Shown here one piece after another: positions 62,978 through 64,000 of a stretch of DNA of 64,000 nucleotides (its first letter is position 1; every line of letters starts with the position of its first letter). The stretch is from Amoebophrya sp. A120 (taxonomy: Eukaryota > Protista > Dinoflagellata). The translations under genes were made by a program, and so were the position numbers. The stretch is taken from the NCBI GenBank assembly GCA_905178155.1, contig CAJINV010000004.1, positions 11,501,114-11,565,113 on the forward strand, read 5' to 3'. The notes under the pieces were generated by a model that was not told the origin of the DNA, did not search any database, and was given only the letters and a program-made list of their open reading frames with translations.

Positions 62978-64000
62978 ATGAACCACAGCTGCAACATTGT
63001 ACGTGAAACCGAGGATGAAACGATCCGCCATTTCCCGATTCAGGTTCCGACTGAGCCGGAGCCAGACCGCGCCGGCTTGGGGGTGATTTCCTATGTTTTG
63101 ACGCATGTTGACGTGGAGACGTTGCACAGACCTTTCGGATTGCCTCAGCATCCGGGAAGCTTCGCCAATTACGAGCCGCCATTGCGAGCGTTCCAATTTT
63201 TCGAGTGTAGTGCGATAGTGGAAATCATTCGGGCAGAAATGAGTGCCGCCGCGCGCCAGAAGAAGTTCGCACCGCGCGTAGGGAACCCAACCAACCCTCG
63301 CAGCAAGACGGAGAAGCACATAAACTTTATTTTTCAGTCGCGTTACACTTCGGGGAGTACATATAGTTTGAACTCCAGCTTGGGCGCAGTCTTCGAGCCC
63401 AGCACAAACTCCGGAAATCTCTGGGCTCAGTGGCACGGCTGGCTTGTCTTGTTGCAGGAAGCGCCCCACGGTGCAGGAGGTTTGCCTCGGAATATTGCTC
63501 TTGGTTTTTGTGAAGTCAAGGAGGGAACTGTCAGTTTGCACTGTTTCTCTCTTCACAAGTTCGGTGAGCACAAGCGTTACTTCGTGCGCCCGCTGAGCAA
63601 TGCCCTGTTCAATAAGAAGTACTACGCTGCTTTGACGGATCTGTTTGACACGACGTACGGCCGGAGAGTTGCAGAGCAGCTGACACGTGGAGACGGTCCG
63701 GCCAGGGTTTTGCTATCAGGGACAGCGAACGATTGGGGTCTCGAATCGGCTGTGGAGCGGCTTGCTGCTTCCTGGCAAGGAGTGGCACCTTTCAACCATC
63801 AACAGCTGCGTGCCTTGGCGCTTGAGCGGCTGAGCATGAATGGTGTCGTGCTCATACAGGGCCCACCCGGCACCGGAAAATCACACCTCATTGTCAACGG
63901 CCTGGTGCCCGAACAAGTTGCAAACAGACAAAAAACACTTGTCGTTTGTAATTCCAACACGGCGATTGATGACTTAATGTTGAAAGTTATCAGGAATAAC
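62978..64000 (+). CDS. Second UPF1-like SF1 helicase, truncated by the window end (absent from the ORF track)
   Basis: Open frame from ATG 62978 to the end, reading FNHQQLRAL...VVLIQGPPGTGKSHL...TLVVCNSNTAIDDL. Confidence 0.85.
   Translation, partial: MNHSCNIVRETEDETIRHFPIQVPTEPEPDRAGLGVISYVLTHVDVETLHRPFGLPQHPGSFANYEPPLRAFQFFECSAIVEIIRAEMSAAARQKKFAPRVGNPTNPRSKTEKHINFIFQSRYTSGSTYSLNSSLGAVFEPSTNSGNLWAQWHGWLVLLQEAPHGAGGLPRNIALGFCEVKEGTVSLHCFSLHKFGEHKRYFVRPLSNALFNKKYYAALTDLFDTTYGRRVAEQLTRGDGPARVLLSGTANDWGLESAVERLAASWQGVAPFNHQQLRALALERLSMNGVVLIQGPPGTGKSHLIVNGLVPEQVANRQKTLVVCNSNTAIDDLMLKVIRNN

Noticed and set aside
9802-63571. Long minus-strand ORFs overlapping host genes (for example 9950-10897, 21287-22216, 34541-35683, 62924-63571)
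   Set aside because: These are antisense shadows of GC-rich coding sequence with no motifs of their own.

Overview
Gene-dense eukaryotic DNA. The non-canonical repeat-bounded introns and the one-strand gene array point to the parasitic dinoflagellate lineage Amoebophrya (Syndiniales); this assignment is inferred, not proven. 787-8692 is a tyrosine-recombinase (DIRS/Ngaro/PAT-type) retroelement with split direct repeats, an unusual YR-gag-pol order, and predicted spliceosomal introns. The rest holds about 14 host genes, all on the + strand: a UBC/F-box-like protein, MYBBP1A/Pol5, a DGAT2-family acyltransferase, a GH87-like beta-helix protein, three tandem paralogs of an unknown family, a giant RING-VWA(U-box, Ubl)-UBC protein, two UPF1-like helicases and an ADP-ribosyltransferase-fold protein. 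The main signal is 18 insertions in coding sequence that share one grammar: 5-bp target duplication, TAT...ATA ends and terminal inverted repeats. In each case, removing the element plus one duplication copy restores the reading frame, although most have no GT/GC-AG register. They look like mobile non-canonical introns (introners) from several families, apparently removable in either orientation. All splice calls are manual predictions without transcript data.
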